DNA of 64,000 nucleotides, from positions 1,984,001 to 2,048,000 of the forward strand of contig CAXXJJ010000001.1 in NCBI GenBank assembly GCA_963667015.2. The letters are read 5' to 3'. The notes beneath the pieces are model-generated. The model was not told the DNA's origin. It did no database searches and saw nothing but the letters and a program-made list of their open reading frames with translations. Made by a program: the position numbers and the translations under genes. The stretch is from Desulfatiglandales bacterium. GTDB taxonomy: Bacteria; Desulfobacterota; DSM-4660; Desulfatiglandales; HGW-15. Of this stretch, positions 50,744-60,994 are shown piece by piece; the stretch's first letter is position 1; each line of letters begins with the position of its first letter.

Positions 50744-51652
50744 TCAGCCTTCTTTCTTTCTGCTCGCATAGCCAACCATCCAGGCCCCTGCGGCTATTAA
50801 AACTGCGCCCGAAACCAGTCCCTTATTCATTGCTTCCTCAAAGAACAGCCCTATAAGCAATGATGATCCTACAGGGATAAAATATGAAAAAGAGGCTATC
50901 AGGATAACTGGTCCGTTCTTGATGCTGATTTCATATAAAGAGTAGGCAATGCCTACCGGGCCGACTCCCCCGAACAGGATCCAGAAAAGCATTTCTCCTG
51001 ACCATGGGGGAATATTCTGCCAGTCATTGGCAACCGCCGCAAAAAGTGCAGATATTATTGCGCAAACGGCGAAATGAAAGGCTGTTCCTCCTTCTTCTTC
51101 CGTGATTTTCCATTTTCGCAGCAAAACAGCATAAAGCGCCCACAGGAAACCGCCGGAAAGCGCCAGGATGTGAGGGAGAAGGTTTGTTGGTAGATGTGTA
51201 ATGTAATTTAGGCCTCGTGATATAACAACACCGAAAAATCCCATCAGGATACCGGTGATTGCCAGTACTGCTCCGGGTCTGCTTTTAAGCAGTAACATTC
51301 CCAGCACTGCCATCCAGACAGGCCAGAGATAATTAAGCAGGTTAATCTGCCCGACATCCTGCTCCGCCGCAATGCCGAATGCCTTTGCAAGCATTACGGT
51401 GTACAGGGCTACGCCAAAGAAACCTGCAATTATTACCTTGAAGGGCAGGTGAACCATATTTGTTAAAGATTGTCCGCGCAGATACTGGAGCACGACGGCT
51501 GTGAGCGATCCGCAGCCGGTCATGAAGGTCAGGTAAACCATGGAAGATCCCATAACCTCAGAACCCCTGCGAAAGCATACACCGCTCATACACCATAGCA
51601 GGATCGCTATAATTCCGGGTGTAATGGAACTTCTATGTGACTGTAACTCCAT
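50744..51652 (-). CDS. DMT/EamA family transporter (YddG-like)
   Basis: 10 TM; NYLWP motif, SYFIPV.S. Confidence 0.85.
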   Translation of the reverse strand: MELQSHRSSITPGIIAILLWCMSGVCFRRGSEVMGSSMVYLTFMTGCGSLTAVVLQYLRGQSLTNMVHLPFKVIIAGFFGVALYTVMLAKAFGIAAEQDVGQINLLNYLWPVWMAVLGMLLLKSRPGAVLAITGILMGFFGVVISRGLNYITHLPTNLLPHILALSGGFLWALYAVLLRKWKITEEEGGTAFHFAVCAIISALFAAVANDWQNIPPWSGEMLFWILFGGVGPVGIAYSLYEISIKNGPVILIASFSYFIPVGSSLLIGLFFEEAMNKGLVSGAVLIAAGAWMVGYASRKKEG

Positions 51653-51689
51653 GTTTTCGGTTTTAACCTTCAACCCTGCGGGAACCGGG

Positions 51690-52352
51690 TTACTTTTCCG
51701 ATGACCCGTCCATATCTATAAAGATATACTTGCTTCTCATATCCTCGGGCACCAGGTCCCTTCTGGCGGTCTCTGCCAGTTTGGGGCCGTAGTGTGCCTG
51801 CATGAACAGGAAGGGCCGGGTAACCTTTTTAATGGTAAAGGGGCAGTGCACGGTGTTTTCCGGGACATAGATCATGGTTGATTTGGTGATGATGTGCTTT
51901 TCCATTTCCTCTCCCATGAACATCTCGAATTCTGCACCCAGATCCTCAGGGTGCTCCGGATCAGAACCTATCGCCACAAGCACTTCCGGAACCGGGTGTG
52001 AGTGGGGGCCGTGTCCCATTGTTTTAGTTGAACTTTTTCCCATCCACATGGCCGAAAAATAGTTGCATCCTTCTATGATATCGTTATCCGCAAAGGTGAC
52101 AAACATAGGGCTGTTACCAAAACCGATACTCCTCTCTTCTTTAGTCAATTCGGTTAAAAAGCACTTACGGTATTTCGATCCTTCAGGCGCATTGGGATCA
52201 ATTGGGCTGGCAGTTGCGGCCATGCTTTCCATGGTGGGCATAAAGGCTGCCGAAAGCATACCTGCCAGTGCAATCCCTGCGGTGCCGGCAGTGATTTCCT
52301 TCATGAAAACTCTCCGTGTTGTGCCATCTTCCCTGTTTTGTTCAGAACTCAT
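51690..52352 (-). CDS. Tat-signal cupin-like protein
   Basis: TRRVFMK; PHSHPVPE, VPENTVHCP; paralog of 8678-9373. Confidence 0.75.
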   Translation of the reverse strand: MSSEQNREDGTTRRVFMKEITAGTAGIALAGMLSAAFMPTMESMAATASPIDPNAPEGSKYRKCFLTELTKEERSIGFGNSPMFVTFADNDIIEGCNYFSAMWMGKSSTKTMGHGPHSHPVPEVLVAIGSDPEHPEDLGAEFEMFMGEEMEKHIITKSTMIYVPENTVHCPFTIKKVTRPFLFMQAHYGPKLAETARRDLVPEDMRSKYIFIDMDGSSEK

Positions 52353-52391
52353 GGGTGCGTCTCCTTTCTTTCTAAATAATGGTTGATAATT

Positions 52392-53870
52392 TTATATCTC
52401 AAGCGGCGCAAAATCGGTCGGCCCGACAAGCGTCACGTTCATGCCGGTCAGGGCTTCCTCAACAGCCCTGCTGTAATTACCAAGGATCATGATCTGATGA
52501 AGTCCCGGAATGTTCTGAATAAACCGGTCAACATCCCTGATCTTTACATCCATGGTGTTAGCACAGACGTTATTCATGGGACTGTTTTTGGATTTTGTAT
52601 GATTTGTGTCCTTTACCTGGCTTTCAATTCGTCCCGGCCACAGGGCGAAGCTCTTCAGGTCCTTGCTGAATCCGCCGGTAAGTACCTGCCCGTGGGTCGG
52701 AAAATCAACCTCCGGAACCGCCCCTTTCCCGGACCCGTGGTAATCGTGAAGCCTGTAACTCATCTGCGGGGCGTCCAGACCCTTGAGTTTTAAAGGGGCA
52801 ACGCAGTGACTGACGGTAATCTTTGAGTCCTGCGCGCTTACAGTCATAAGGTTACACATAAAGGATGGCCTGCGGCTTATCTCCTCCAGGAGCATGGATG
52901 ACAGCATGCTGCACACATCCGCCTCGCAGGCAGCGGTTATGCCCTCGTCTCTCAGCCGTGCAAAGGCAAGGCAGGGGTAGGGCAGTATCGGGTCAGGACT
53001 CATTGTGAAACCGAGACAGTCTATGGAAACAGCACTTAATCCCTCTTTCTCAACCATGGAACGCAGCAGGATGTAGAGTCTGCAGGAATCGATAATGGTC
53101 TTATCCGGAACACCGCTGACCTCCGTGGCCTCGCTTTTCCATCGCTCCATCTCATTTAATGCGTCCCTGGCATCCACTTCCCTGTAGAGCGCTGCCAGTT
53201 CTTCAATCGGTCGGAACTTTAATTTTACGCCGGTACGCTGATAGACTGTATCCTCATTGAGATTGTGGGACGTTACAGTAGTGGAGTCGAACGGCCTTCC
53301 GAAAAGGACTGCCTTTCGGCCTTCGAGAATCCATGGAGATGCCGCGATTCTGATACGCTCCAGGGCCTGGTCTTGGGATATGGCAAAGGTGACATTTGCG
53401 CCGTTTCCACGCAGTGATGCCGCAAGGTTTGCGTCTATGGGGATCAGGTCAGGATTCACGGTAAGAACGATTACCGGAATATCAATGTCTCCCATTGTAT
53501 CGCAAAGCTTGCCAAAGCTGAAGGTCATGCGGGGCAGGATCATGAGAAGAATATCCATATCCTGCCCGTTAATAATATGTGATATTTTATCCGAATCCTT
53601 ATAGTCGACCTTTATTGCAGACACCTGGAGATCGGTTCCCGGAATCGATCCCATGGTCTCGATGAATTTTTCATGCTCCTGCGGATTATTGCTCAGGCAG
53701 ACAAGTTTTTTTCCCCCTCCTGCACTTACCCGATTCGGCCGGATTGCTGTATCAATACCCTGGTCTGCCAGGACCGTTCCCGGCATGGCTGCAGCCATAC
53801 CGGCCAGTGTTATTGTTTTTATAAAATCCCGCCTTCCTTCATTGATTTCTTTTTGATCCGCATCGGCCAC
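52392..53870 (-). CDS. Tat-signal L-fucose/L-arabinose isomerase-like protein
   Basis: GRRDFIK signal; AVSIDCL, PCLAF..L.D.G..AACEAD, SHC..P motifs. Confidence 0.7.
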   Translation of the reverse strand: MADADQKEINEGRRDFIKTITLAGMAAAMPGTVLADQGIDTAIRPNRVSAGGGKKLVCLSNNPQEHEKFIETMGSIPGTDLQVSAIKVDYKDSDKISHIINGQDMDILLMILPRMTFSFGKLCDTMGDIDIPVIVLTVNPDLIPIDANLAASLRGNGANVTFAISQDQALERIRIAASPWILEGRKAVLFGRPFDSTTVTSHNLNEDTVYQRTGVKLKFRPIEELAALYREVDARDALNEMERWKSEATEVSGVPDKTIIDSCRLYILLRSMVEKEGLSAVSIDCLGFTMSPDPILPYPCLAFARLRDEGITAACEADVCSMLSSMLLEEISRRPSFMCNLMTVSAQDSKITVSHCVAPLKLKGLDAPQMSYRLHDYHGSGKGAVPEVDFPTHGQVLTGGFSKDLKSFALWPGRIESQVKDTNHTKSKNSPMNNVCANTMDVKIRDVDRFIQNIPGLHQIMILGNYSRAVEEALTGMNVTLVGPTDFAPLEI

Positions 53871-54024
53871 CTGAATCTCCTTTCTGTAAAAAATATTATG
53901 GTTACATTATCAACTCGTGAGATATGAAAACGGAACACCCTTTTATTATAAAAAAATAGAGTGTTCCGTCTTTATTTTTTAACCTGCTTATAAAACCCAG
54001 GCCCGATGGGCGTGGAGATGTTGA

Positions 54025-54495
54025 TTATTTAGAAACTACTGCTTTAAAGTAATCTTCAAGGCCGGACTTGCACTCAGGCTTGGGTTTAAACACGAACTGA
54101 ACGGTCTGACCTTCACTGGCCTTCACATTCATGCTGTATACACCTTTCATAAAAACAACGCTGCTTGTCTGGCCATTTTCATAAAGGAAATCTTTTGTTG
54201 CTTTCAGACCATATGAGGGACCGTTACAGTAAATAGGGGAAGTGTAATCAGTCTCAAAAGTGTATGCATGCTTTCCCGGTGAAACATATATGACCGAAGC
54301 CGAATTTACTTTCTGATCATCAATCTTTACAATTTTTTCGTTATCCGGAATGACTACCTTAACCAGGTTAGAAACAGGGGTTGTCTCCAGCGATTTTGGA
54401 AAATAACGAGGTGCGGGAGTGGCGCAGCCTCCGATCAATGTCAGAAAAAACAAAATTGAAAAGAAGAAACCGATGCGCCTATTTTTATTACTCAT
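54025..54495 (-). CDS. Hypothetical lipoprotein
   Basis: Lipobox IGGC; GGAGG RBS. Confidence 0.7.
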   Translation of the reverse strand: MSNKNRRIGFFFSILFFLTLIGGCATPAPRYFPKSLETTPVSNLVKVVIPDNEKIVKIDDQKVNSASVIYVSPGKHAYTFETDYTSPIYCNGPSYGLKATKDFLYENGQTSSVVFMKGVYSMNVKASEGQTVQFVFKPKPECKSGLEDYFKAVVSK

Positions 54496-54872
54496 GTTTT
54501 CTGCCTCCTTTATATAAATTTTACAAAGATTGATAATCCTCTGAATCCTGTATTTGATAAAAAAATGGAGTTATTTAATACATTATGTGTCGGTTCCTGA
54601 ACTGATACATATTATGTTTAAGTCTTTTTGACAAAAATTTCAAGGGGTATGATTCAATTATCAAGAATCATAATTTGGAATAATAAACTAGGGCCAAGGC
54701 ATTTCAGGCTGCCTCCTTCGCTAAAGCTACGGCGCGCCAGGGAAGCTTTTTAGTCTGAAGGCTGTTAGGGAAAAGAAAATACAAAACCCCGTCCTATTAA
54801 AAAGAGAAGCGGGGTTTTGTTTAAATAAAAGGATCTTTTGTCAACTAATTCGGAGATGATCCAAATAAAAAA

Positions 54873-55430
54873 CTAAGGTACGGAATCCAGTAATTCTTCA
54901 ATTATAGCCATAAACTCTGCTGCTTCCCCCTCTAGATCATCACTATAATAACGCGTGGCACCAAGCCTGGTATACTTGCATCCAAAAACGAAAGTAGGTG
55001 TTGAATATTCAGGATTAAACGTCCCGAAAATTTCCAGTTCAGAGTCGGGGATAGTACCTTCCACCTCACTGGTAAGGAGATCATCACCAGTATTGCCTCC
55101 CCAGCTTTCCCAGTGATGTGCTATTATTAATCCCTGATCCATGTACCATTTAACAACCGGGTTAAATGCTTTAGCGTCCCATCCACAGAATGGGCAATTT
55201 TTGCCAGAAAACATCCTTATAACCGGCTTGCCGTCTTCCAGGCAGATGTCGGTACCTTCATCATCAAAAGTAGTAATTGAGGATGGGGTAATATCATTTG
55301 GGTTTATCGTGTCATCACCTGGGGTATCTGAGTCTCCGCCGCCACCTCCGCCAGAGGCAACAATAGTCATAAGGCCGATTATCATTACTAATGATAGACA
55401 AAAAGAGCTGATTATATTTAGCTTCCGCAT
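54873..55430 (-). CDS. Exported thioredoxin-fold protein
   Basis: CPFC motif, TPTFVFGCKY.R.G. Confidence 0.7.
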   Translation of the reverse strand: MRKLNIISSFCLSLVMIIGLMTIVASGGGGGGDSDTPGDDTINPNDITPSSITTFDDEGTDICLEDGKPVIRMFSGKNCPFCGWDAKAFNPVVKWYMDQGLIIAHHWESWGGNTGDDLLTSEVEGTIPDSELEIFGTFNPEYSTPTFVFGCKYTRLGATRYYSDDLEGEAAEFMAIIEELLDSVP

Positions 55431-55578
55431 CTGCTTTTTCCTCCGTTCTTAATATTTCACTTCTGTTGAAATTGGAATCAGTCAATTTCATATCATGAAA
55501 ATGACAGGTCTGGCAAGTGATACACGAAGCAGGAGAAAGGCAAAGGGGAGTATTGTCTAAAGGTACATCTGAACCGCT

Positions 55579-57123
55579 TCAGCCTGTTATAATCGTCGCC
55601 CATTCAGGTATCACTGCAGGATCAATCGAAAATATAACTGTTCCAAAGGTATAAAAAATAATCCCTATTGCCAGTATCCCCAGCAGGTTTATAAAGATTC
55701 CTGCCTTTACCATGTCTATTATCCTGATTTTACCGCTCCCGAAGACTATGGCGTTTGGCGGTGTTGCTACCGGCATCATGAATGCACACGAGGCTGACAG
55801 TGTTGCCGGAATCATCAGGAGAAGGGGGTTTGTCTTCATTGCCACTGAAACAGATGCAAGGATCGGAAGTATCATTTCCGTGGTTGCTGTATTGGATGTG
55901 AGCTCGGTTAAAAAGGTTATGGAAGAGCATGTAAGGGTAATCATCAGGTAAGGAGATGTCCCTGCCAGGTCTTTAAATTTAGATCCGATGATTTCGGACA
56001 GGCCTGTTACCTGAAAACCCTTTGCAAGGGCAAAGCCTCCGCCAAACAGCAGTACAATATGCCACGGTATTTCTTTGAATACACGGACATCTATTATAGC
56101 GAAGCCTTCTTTAGACCGGTCTTTGGATGGAATAATAAATAGAAGCAGGGACATGAAGATTGCCACTGTTCCATCGTCGATCAATGAAGGGTAGGGGAGC
56201 AGCCCGGACCAGCCCGGGATTGTTACTGCGCCTATATTAATCTCTTTTCTGAAAACCCATAAAAAGGCAGCTCCAATAAATACCGCCATTATGCACTTTT
56301 CTTCAAAACCTATTGGCCCGAGGTCTCTGTATTCATCCTGTACCAGCCTCCTGTCTGTTTTGAGATGGGCGGGAAACCTGAAATATAATTTTGTGAGGAT
56401 AAGCCATATAACACCGGTCATGATTATTGTAATGGGCAGGGCCATAAAAAGCCACTGTCCAAAGGTGACAGGCTCTGCCTCAGGAAATGTTATCTCAAAA
56501 ATCCGGGCAAAGGAAAGGTTGGGAGGTGTGCCCACAAGGGTTGCTATTCCGCCCATTGAACAGGCATAGGCAATGCCCAGCATAAGTGCAACGGCAAAAT
56601 CATGAGAGGCCTCTTCTCCGAAATTCGCTTCCATGCGGGATATGATAGCAAGGCCTATGGGCACCATCATTACGGCAGTGGCTGTGTTTGAGATCCACAT
56701 GGAAAGAAATGCGGAGGCTGCCATAAAGCCCAGTATTATGGTTGAGGGACTTCCACCTATAAGCCTTATTATCCACAGGGCTATCCTTTTGTGAAGCCGC
56801 CATTTTTCCATGGCAATTGCAATAATAAAGCCCCCTATGAAGAGAAAAATGGTGCTGTTGATATAGATAGGCGCAGTACTCTTTCCGCTCATGATGCCTG
56901 TCAGCGGGAAAAGTATTACCGGCAGCAGAGATGTTGCAGCAAGAGGTATGGCATCGCTTATCCACCAGACAGCCATAAGCGTTGCAACTGCTGCCATCCG
57001 TGATGCCATGGGATTTTCCGGCGCTGGATTTGTGAGCAGTAACAGAATGAATAAAAGAGGACCGAGAAAAAGCCCGATCTTCTGTATGCTGTTTTTTTTT
57101 GAATTAGAATTTTTTTCAGTCAT
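55579..57123 (-). CDS. SLC13/DASS family sodium:dicarboxylate/sulfate symporter
   Basis: SMWISNTAT, GTPPN, TSNTAT, FMMPVATPPNAIVF. Confidence 0.93.
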   Translation of the reverse strand: MTEKNSNSKKNSIQKIGLFLGPLLFILLLLTNPAPENPMASRMAAVATLMAVWWISDAIPLAATSLLPVILFPLTGIMSGKSTAPIYINSTIFLFIGGFIIAIAMEKWRLHKRIALWIIRLIGGSPSTIILGFMAASAFLSMWISNTATAVMMVPIGLAIISRMEANFGEEASHDFAVALMLGIAYACSMGGIATLVGTPPNLSFARIFEITFPEAEPVTFGQWLFMALPITIIMTGVIWLILTKLYFRFPAHLKTDRRLVQDEYRDLGPIGFEEKCIMAVFIGAAFLWVFRKEINIGAVTIPGWSGLLPYPSLIDDGTVAIFMSLLLFIIPSKDRSKEGFAIIDVRVFKEIPWHIVLLFGGGFALAKGFQVTGLSEIIGSKFKDLAGTSPYLMITLTCSSITFLTELTSNTATTEMILPILASVSVAMKTNPLLLMIPATLSASCAFMMPVATPPNAIVFGSGKIRIIDMVKAGIFINLLGILAIGIIFYTFGTVIFSIDPAVIPEWATIITG

Positions 57124-57516
57124 TTTTTTTTAAAAAAAATTTTTAAAAGGCTCTTGACTGGTATTTAACCGTGCTTATATTTTTACCGATTAAAATAACG
57201 TATAGTACTGATAATACAGGTTAAATATGTTTTATTTTGCATGTTGTATATTTCCGGGATTGAATTTCTGATTTTGGGAAGGCAATGGCAAAGCTGATCA
57301 GAGTAAAGATAATTATCAAACATCAATTCCCGAACATGCTTGAGACGGTTATAATAGACTGCCTTCCTTAAATGATTTTAAAACAGTTATCACATTAATT
57401 TCATTTATTCAATATTGGAAATTGTCAGTTCTATTAAAGCTTTATCGATCTAATTGTATATTAATATGTGCAGGCAGGATGTAATAAACATGCGTAAATG
57501 AAAGGAGGATTTAGTT

Positions 57517-57963
57517 ATGTTATTTTTAAAAAGAGAACCTAACTGGAGAAATTTTAACAACTGGAGCCCCTTCGAAGAGCTTAACCGCATGAGAAGGGAT
57601 ATGGAGAGGTTAACCGAAGGTTTTTCAAAGGGATCAGGGGCAGGTGTATTTCCGCTCATGAATGTGACAGAAGACAATGACGCCTATTATATTCGTGCAG
57701 AACTGCCGGGGCTTAAGTCTGATGAAATTGAGCTTTCGGTTACAGGAGACAGTATTTCCATCTCCGGTGAGAGAAAAATTGCCAATGAAGAAGGCGCAAA
57801 ATATCACAGGAGGGAAAGAGAGTCAGGCAAGTTTAACAGGATATTTAATCTGCCCGGGCCGGTTGATGTCGAAAATGTGGATGCATCAAGTGTTGACGGT
57901 GTACTTGTAGTAAAACTTCCTAAATCTGAAGTTGCCAAACCAAGGCAGATTACCATCAAATAA
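57517..57963 (+). CDS. Hsp20/alpha-crystallin small heat-shock protein
   Basis: AELPG, ISGERK, RRERESGKF.R, GVL.V.LPK. Confidence 0.93.
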   Translation: MLFLKREPNWRNFNNWSPFEELNRMRRDMERLTEGFSKGSGAGVFPLMNVTEDNDAYYIRAELPGLKSDEIELSVTGDSISISGERKIANEEGAKYHRRERESGKFNRIFNLPGPVDVENVDASSVDGVLVVKLPKSEVAKPRQITIK

Positions 57964-57985
57964 AAACAGAAAGGAGGAACGAATC

Positions 57986-58396
57986 ATGACCGAATCTGAG
58001 GCAAAAGCATTACAGGCAAAAGAAAAGGCAGAAGTGTCAGGCATGACTGAACAGACAAAACCGGGACTGGTTTTTACTCCGGATGTAGATATATTCGAAA
58101 CGGAAAAGGATTTAACCCTGCTTGCAGACATGCCGGGAGTAAAGGCTGAAAATCTTAACATAGATTTAAAGGAAAATGTCTTAACCCTGGACGGTGAGGT
58201 AAAAAAACCGGAAGGTAAAAATGAAGTAGAGCTCTTCACAGAGTACAGGACCGGGAAATATTACAGGCAGTTCAACCTGTCAGACATAATTGATCAGTCA
58301 AAGATTGAGGCAAGCATGAAGGATGGGGTACTGAGACTCACACTCCCAAAGATCGAGGCTGCCAAACCCCGCAAGATATCTATTAAATCATCATAG
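57986..58396 (+). CDS. Hsp20/alpha-crystallin small heat-shock protein
   Basis: P.VDIFET, ADMPGV, DGVLRLTLPK; start after AGGAGG. Confidence 0.93.
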   Translation: MTESEAKALQAKEKAEVSGMTEQTKPGLVFTPDVDIFETEKDLTLLADMPGVKAENLNIDLKENVLTLDGEVKKPEGKNEVELFTEYRTGKYYRQFNLSDIIDQSKIEASMKDGVLRLTLPKIEAAKPRKISIKSS

Positions 58397-58511
58397 TATC
58401 GGTTTAGGGATGGGATTATTAATAATATCCCATCCCATTTTATATTTTTAATCTCCTTAAGGTTGAAATCTTTAAGAATTGATCTTCATGGGTTTGATAG
58501 TGGAGGTAGTT

Positions 58512-59171
58512 ATGTCAAAAGATTATTACCTGGTTCTGGGAGTGAGCAGAGGCGCAGACTTAAACAAGATAAAGAAGGCATACCGTACTATAGCCAAAAG
58601 ACATCATCCCGATGTCTCGGATAAAGAGGAGAGCATGACAAGGTTTCTGGAGGTAAAGGAAGCCTATGACACACTCAGTGACCAGGATAGAAAATATAAA
58701 TACGATGAAAAACTGAAAACACACACTGTTCCATACAGGGTAAACCGGGTTCCCGAGGAAATGAGAGAGCGGGTTTCAGGATACAGGAAAAGGGGGTCTG
58801 ATTTTTACACGGGAACCGATGATTTTTTTGAAGGTTTTATACCGGGTTTTTATGATAGTGATAAAGGGAGCCTGCAGGAAAAGGATCTGTATTATGAGGC
58901 AATACTTACCCCTGATGAGGCAGCTGCAGGAGGGCTTTATCCGGTTACCGTGCCTGTAATGGCAAAATGCCCTGTGTGCTCAAAGTCCGGGCTATGGGAA
59001 GGTCTTTTTTGCCCTTTATGCAATGGTCTTGGAAGAATATCGGCAGAAAGAAAATTCGCCCTGGGTGTGCCTCCCAATATAAGCAGTGGAACCGAAATAA
59101 GTCTATCCCTTGAAGGGATCGGGCTTAAGGGTATGTATCTGCATATAATGGTAACTATCGCTGATTATTAA
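58512..59171 (+). CDS. DnaJ-domain protein
   Basis: KDYY.VLGV, HPD motif, partial CxxCxxxG zinc repeats. Confidence 0.88.
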   Translation: MSKDYYLVLGVSRGADLNKIKKAYRTIAKRHHPDVSDKEESMTRFLEVKEAYDTLSDQDRKYKYDEKLKTHTVPYRVNRVPEEMRERVSGYRKRGSDFYTGTDDFFEGFIPGFYDSDKGSLQEKDLYYEAILTPDEAAAGGLYPVTVPVMAKCPVCSKSGLWEGLFCPLCNGLGRISAERKFALGVPPNISSGTEISLSLEGIGLKGMYLHIMVTIADY

Positions 59172-59290
59172 CCGGTGTTAAGCTAAAAAGCAGTGTTTTT
59201 GTATGATCTTTTTCAGCCGCCAGCGTTCAGCTTTCAGCAAAAGGGTATCAAAGAAAGACCTGGCTGATAGCTGAATGCTGAGAGCTTAAC

Positions 59291-60511
59291 TTACAAATTA
59301 TATGCTGTTTCATCATGCTGGCTTAAATCAAGTCCGCTTATCTCATCTTCTTCCGATACACGCAGGCCGAAGATTTTATCTATAATTTTAAAAAGTATAT
59401 AAGTTAATACAAAACTGTAGATAATTGTGACTGCAATTACAATGCACTGTATGCCGAGCTGTTTCGGGTTTCCGAAGAAAAGACCATCTGCACCTGCAGG
59501 GTTGACTGCAGTGCTTGCAAAAAGTCCTGTAACAAAAAGCCCCAGAACCCCGCCAACACCGTGAATGCCCACAACATCAAGGCTGTCATCATAGCCAAAG
59601 CGGTTTTTTGCCATGATACCGCAATAACAAAGCACACCGGCAAGAATACCGATAATTGCTGCTGATATTGGCCCCACAAAGCCAGATGCAGGGGTCACGG
59701 TAGCGAGCCCCGCAATGGCCCCACTGGCGGCTCCAAGGGTTGTTGCCTTGCCAATGGTCTTCCACTCCATTGCTATCCAGGCAAGGGCTCCTGTTGTGCC
59801 CGCTATATGTGTTGCTACAAATGCATTTCCTGCGATGGCTCCGACCGAAAGTGCACTCCCTGCATTAAACCCGAACCATCCGAACCACAGGATACCTGCA
59901 CCGAGCAGTGTCATGGGTAAATTATGGGGTTTAAGATCTTCTGAGCCGAATCCCCTTCTTTTACCAAGCATGATTGCCGCCACAAGCGCTGCCGCTCCTG
60001 AGCTTAAATGCACTGCCACTCCTCCGGCAAAGTCTTTGGCGCCCAGTTCTGCCATCCAGCCTCCATCAGCCCATATCCAGTGGCAAAGCGGGTTATAAAC
60101 CAGTATTGACCACAAAAGGCTGAAGATCAAAAACGGTCCGAATTTCATCCTTTCGGCAAATGCCCCTGTTATAAGCGCGGGTGTAATAACCGCAAACATG
60201 CATTGAAAGATCATAAATACGTTATGCGGGATAGTTGTTGCATAAACTTCATGGGGTGTGGAACCGACGCCGTTAAGTGCAAACCATTCCAGTCCTCCTA
60301 TAATACCCCATTTGTCAGGACCGAATGACATGCTGTATCCTATCAGTATCCATTCAAGACTGATTACTCCGATCAGGATAAAGCTCTGCATAATTGTGCC
60401 CAGTACATTTTTACTCCTCACCATCCCTGCATAAAAAAGGGCAAGTCCGGGTGTCATAAGCAGAACAAGTGCTGCTGAAACCAAAATAAAGGCTGTATCT
60501 CCTGTGTTCAT
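59291..60511 (-). CDS. amtB: Ammonium transporter (second copy)
   Basis: Same Amt motifs; start MNTGDTAF after GGAGG. Confidence 0.96.
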   Translation of the reverse strand: MNTGDTAFILVSAALVLLMTPGLALFYAGMVRSKNVLGTIMQSFILIGVISLEWILIGYSMSFGPDKWGIIGGLEWFALNGVGSTPHEVYATTIPHNVFMIFQCMFAVITPALITGAFAERMKFGPFLIFSLLWSILVYNPLCHWIWADGGWMAELGAKDFAGGVAVHLSSGAAALVAAIMLGKRRGFGSEDLKPHNLPMTLLGAGILWFGWFGFNAGSALSVGAIAGNAFVATHIAGTTGALAWIAMEWKTIGKATTLGAASGAIAGLATVTPASGFVGPISAAIIGILAGVLCYCGIMAKNRFGYDDSLDVVGIHGVGGVLGLFVTGLFASTAVNPAGADGLFFGNPKQLGIQCIVIAVTIIYSFVLTYILFKIIDKIFGLRVSEEDEISGLDLSQHDETAYNL

Positions 60512-60558
60512 TTGTTCCCCTCCTGTTTTTTTAAAACTACAGAAATGTATGTAAAGTA

Positions 60559-60691
60559 TGCAAAAGGGAGACCTTATTAAATATGGAATAGCCAAACTTG
60601 ATTTTTATAAAAATAGATTGAAATAAAAAAATAATGCATAATATGTTGAATACAAAAGTGTAAAAACAGGGAGTAAAAAAGTCAAAAATGT
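60559..60691 (-). promoter_or_regulatory. sigma54-like promoter plus paired enhancer sites
   Basis: AGGTCT-CCCTT-TTGCA (GG-N10-GC) at 60574-60559; ACAAAAGTGT (60652) and TCAAAAATGT (60682), 30 bp apart. Confidence 0.65.
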
Positions 60692-60994
60692 AGATAATGG
60701 CAAAACTTCAATATTGTCGATAATGTAAAAGCTCTGAAAATTTAGAAATAAAAACAGCTAAAGTTTAATTATTTCAACTGATTTTAAGTATAAATAAATA
60801 TTATTGCAATTTGTTATTTGGAGGTGCTGAAAAAATACAATAATGAAGAATCTTCTTGGGTGACAGGTATGTAAATCTTCATTCTTGTCTTAAAAACGAC
60901 AATAATATTTCTAATATGAATAAATGGTTGCGTAAGTTTTATTATTAGGGTTAGATGCCTGATTTTCAATCAATGAGAATGCATCCGGTCATTT

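Noticed and set aside
57088..57146. Homopolymer A/T runs at the SLC13 start as a phase-variation switch
   Set aside because: The ORF is intact and there is no evidence of length variation without reads.
57124..57516. CIRCE operator or RNA thermometer upstream of hsp20-hsp20-dnaJ
   Set aside because: No TTAGCACTC-N9-GAGTGCTAA; the long AT-rich leader shows no structure I can support.
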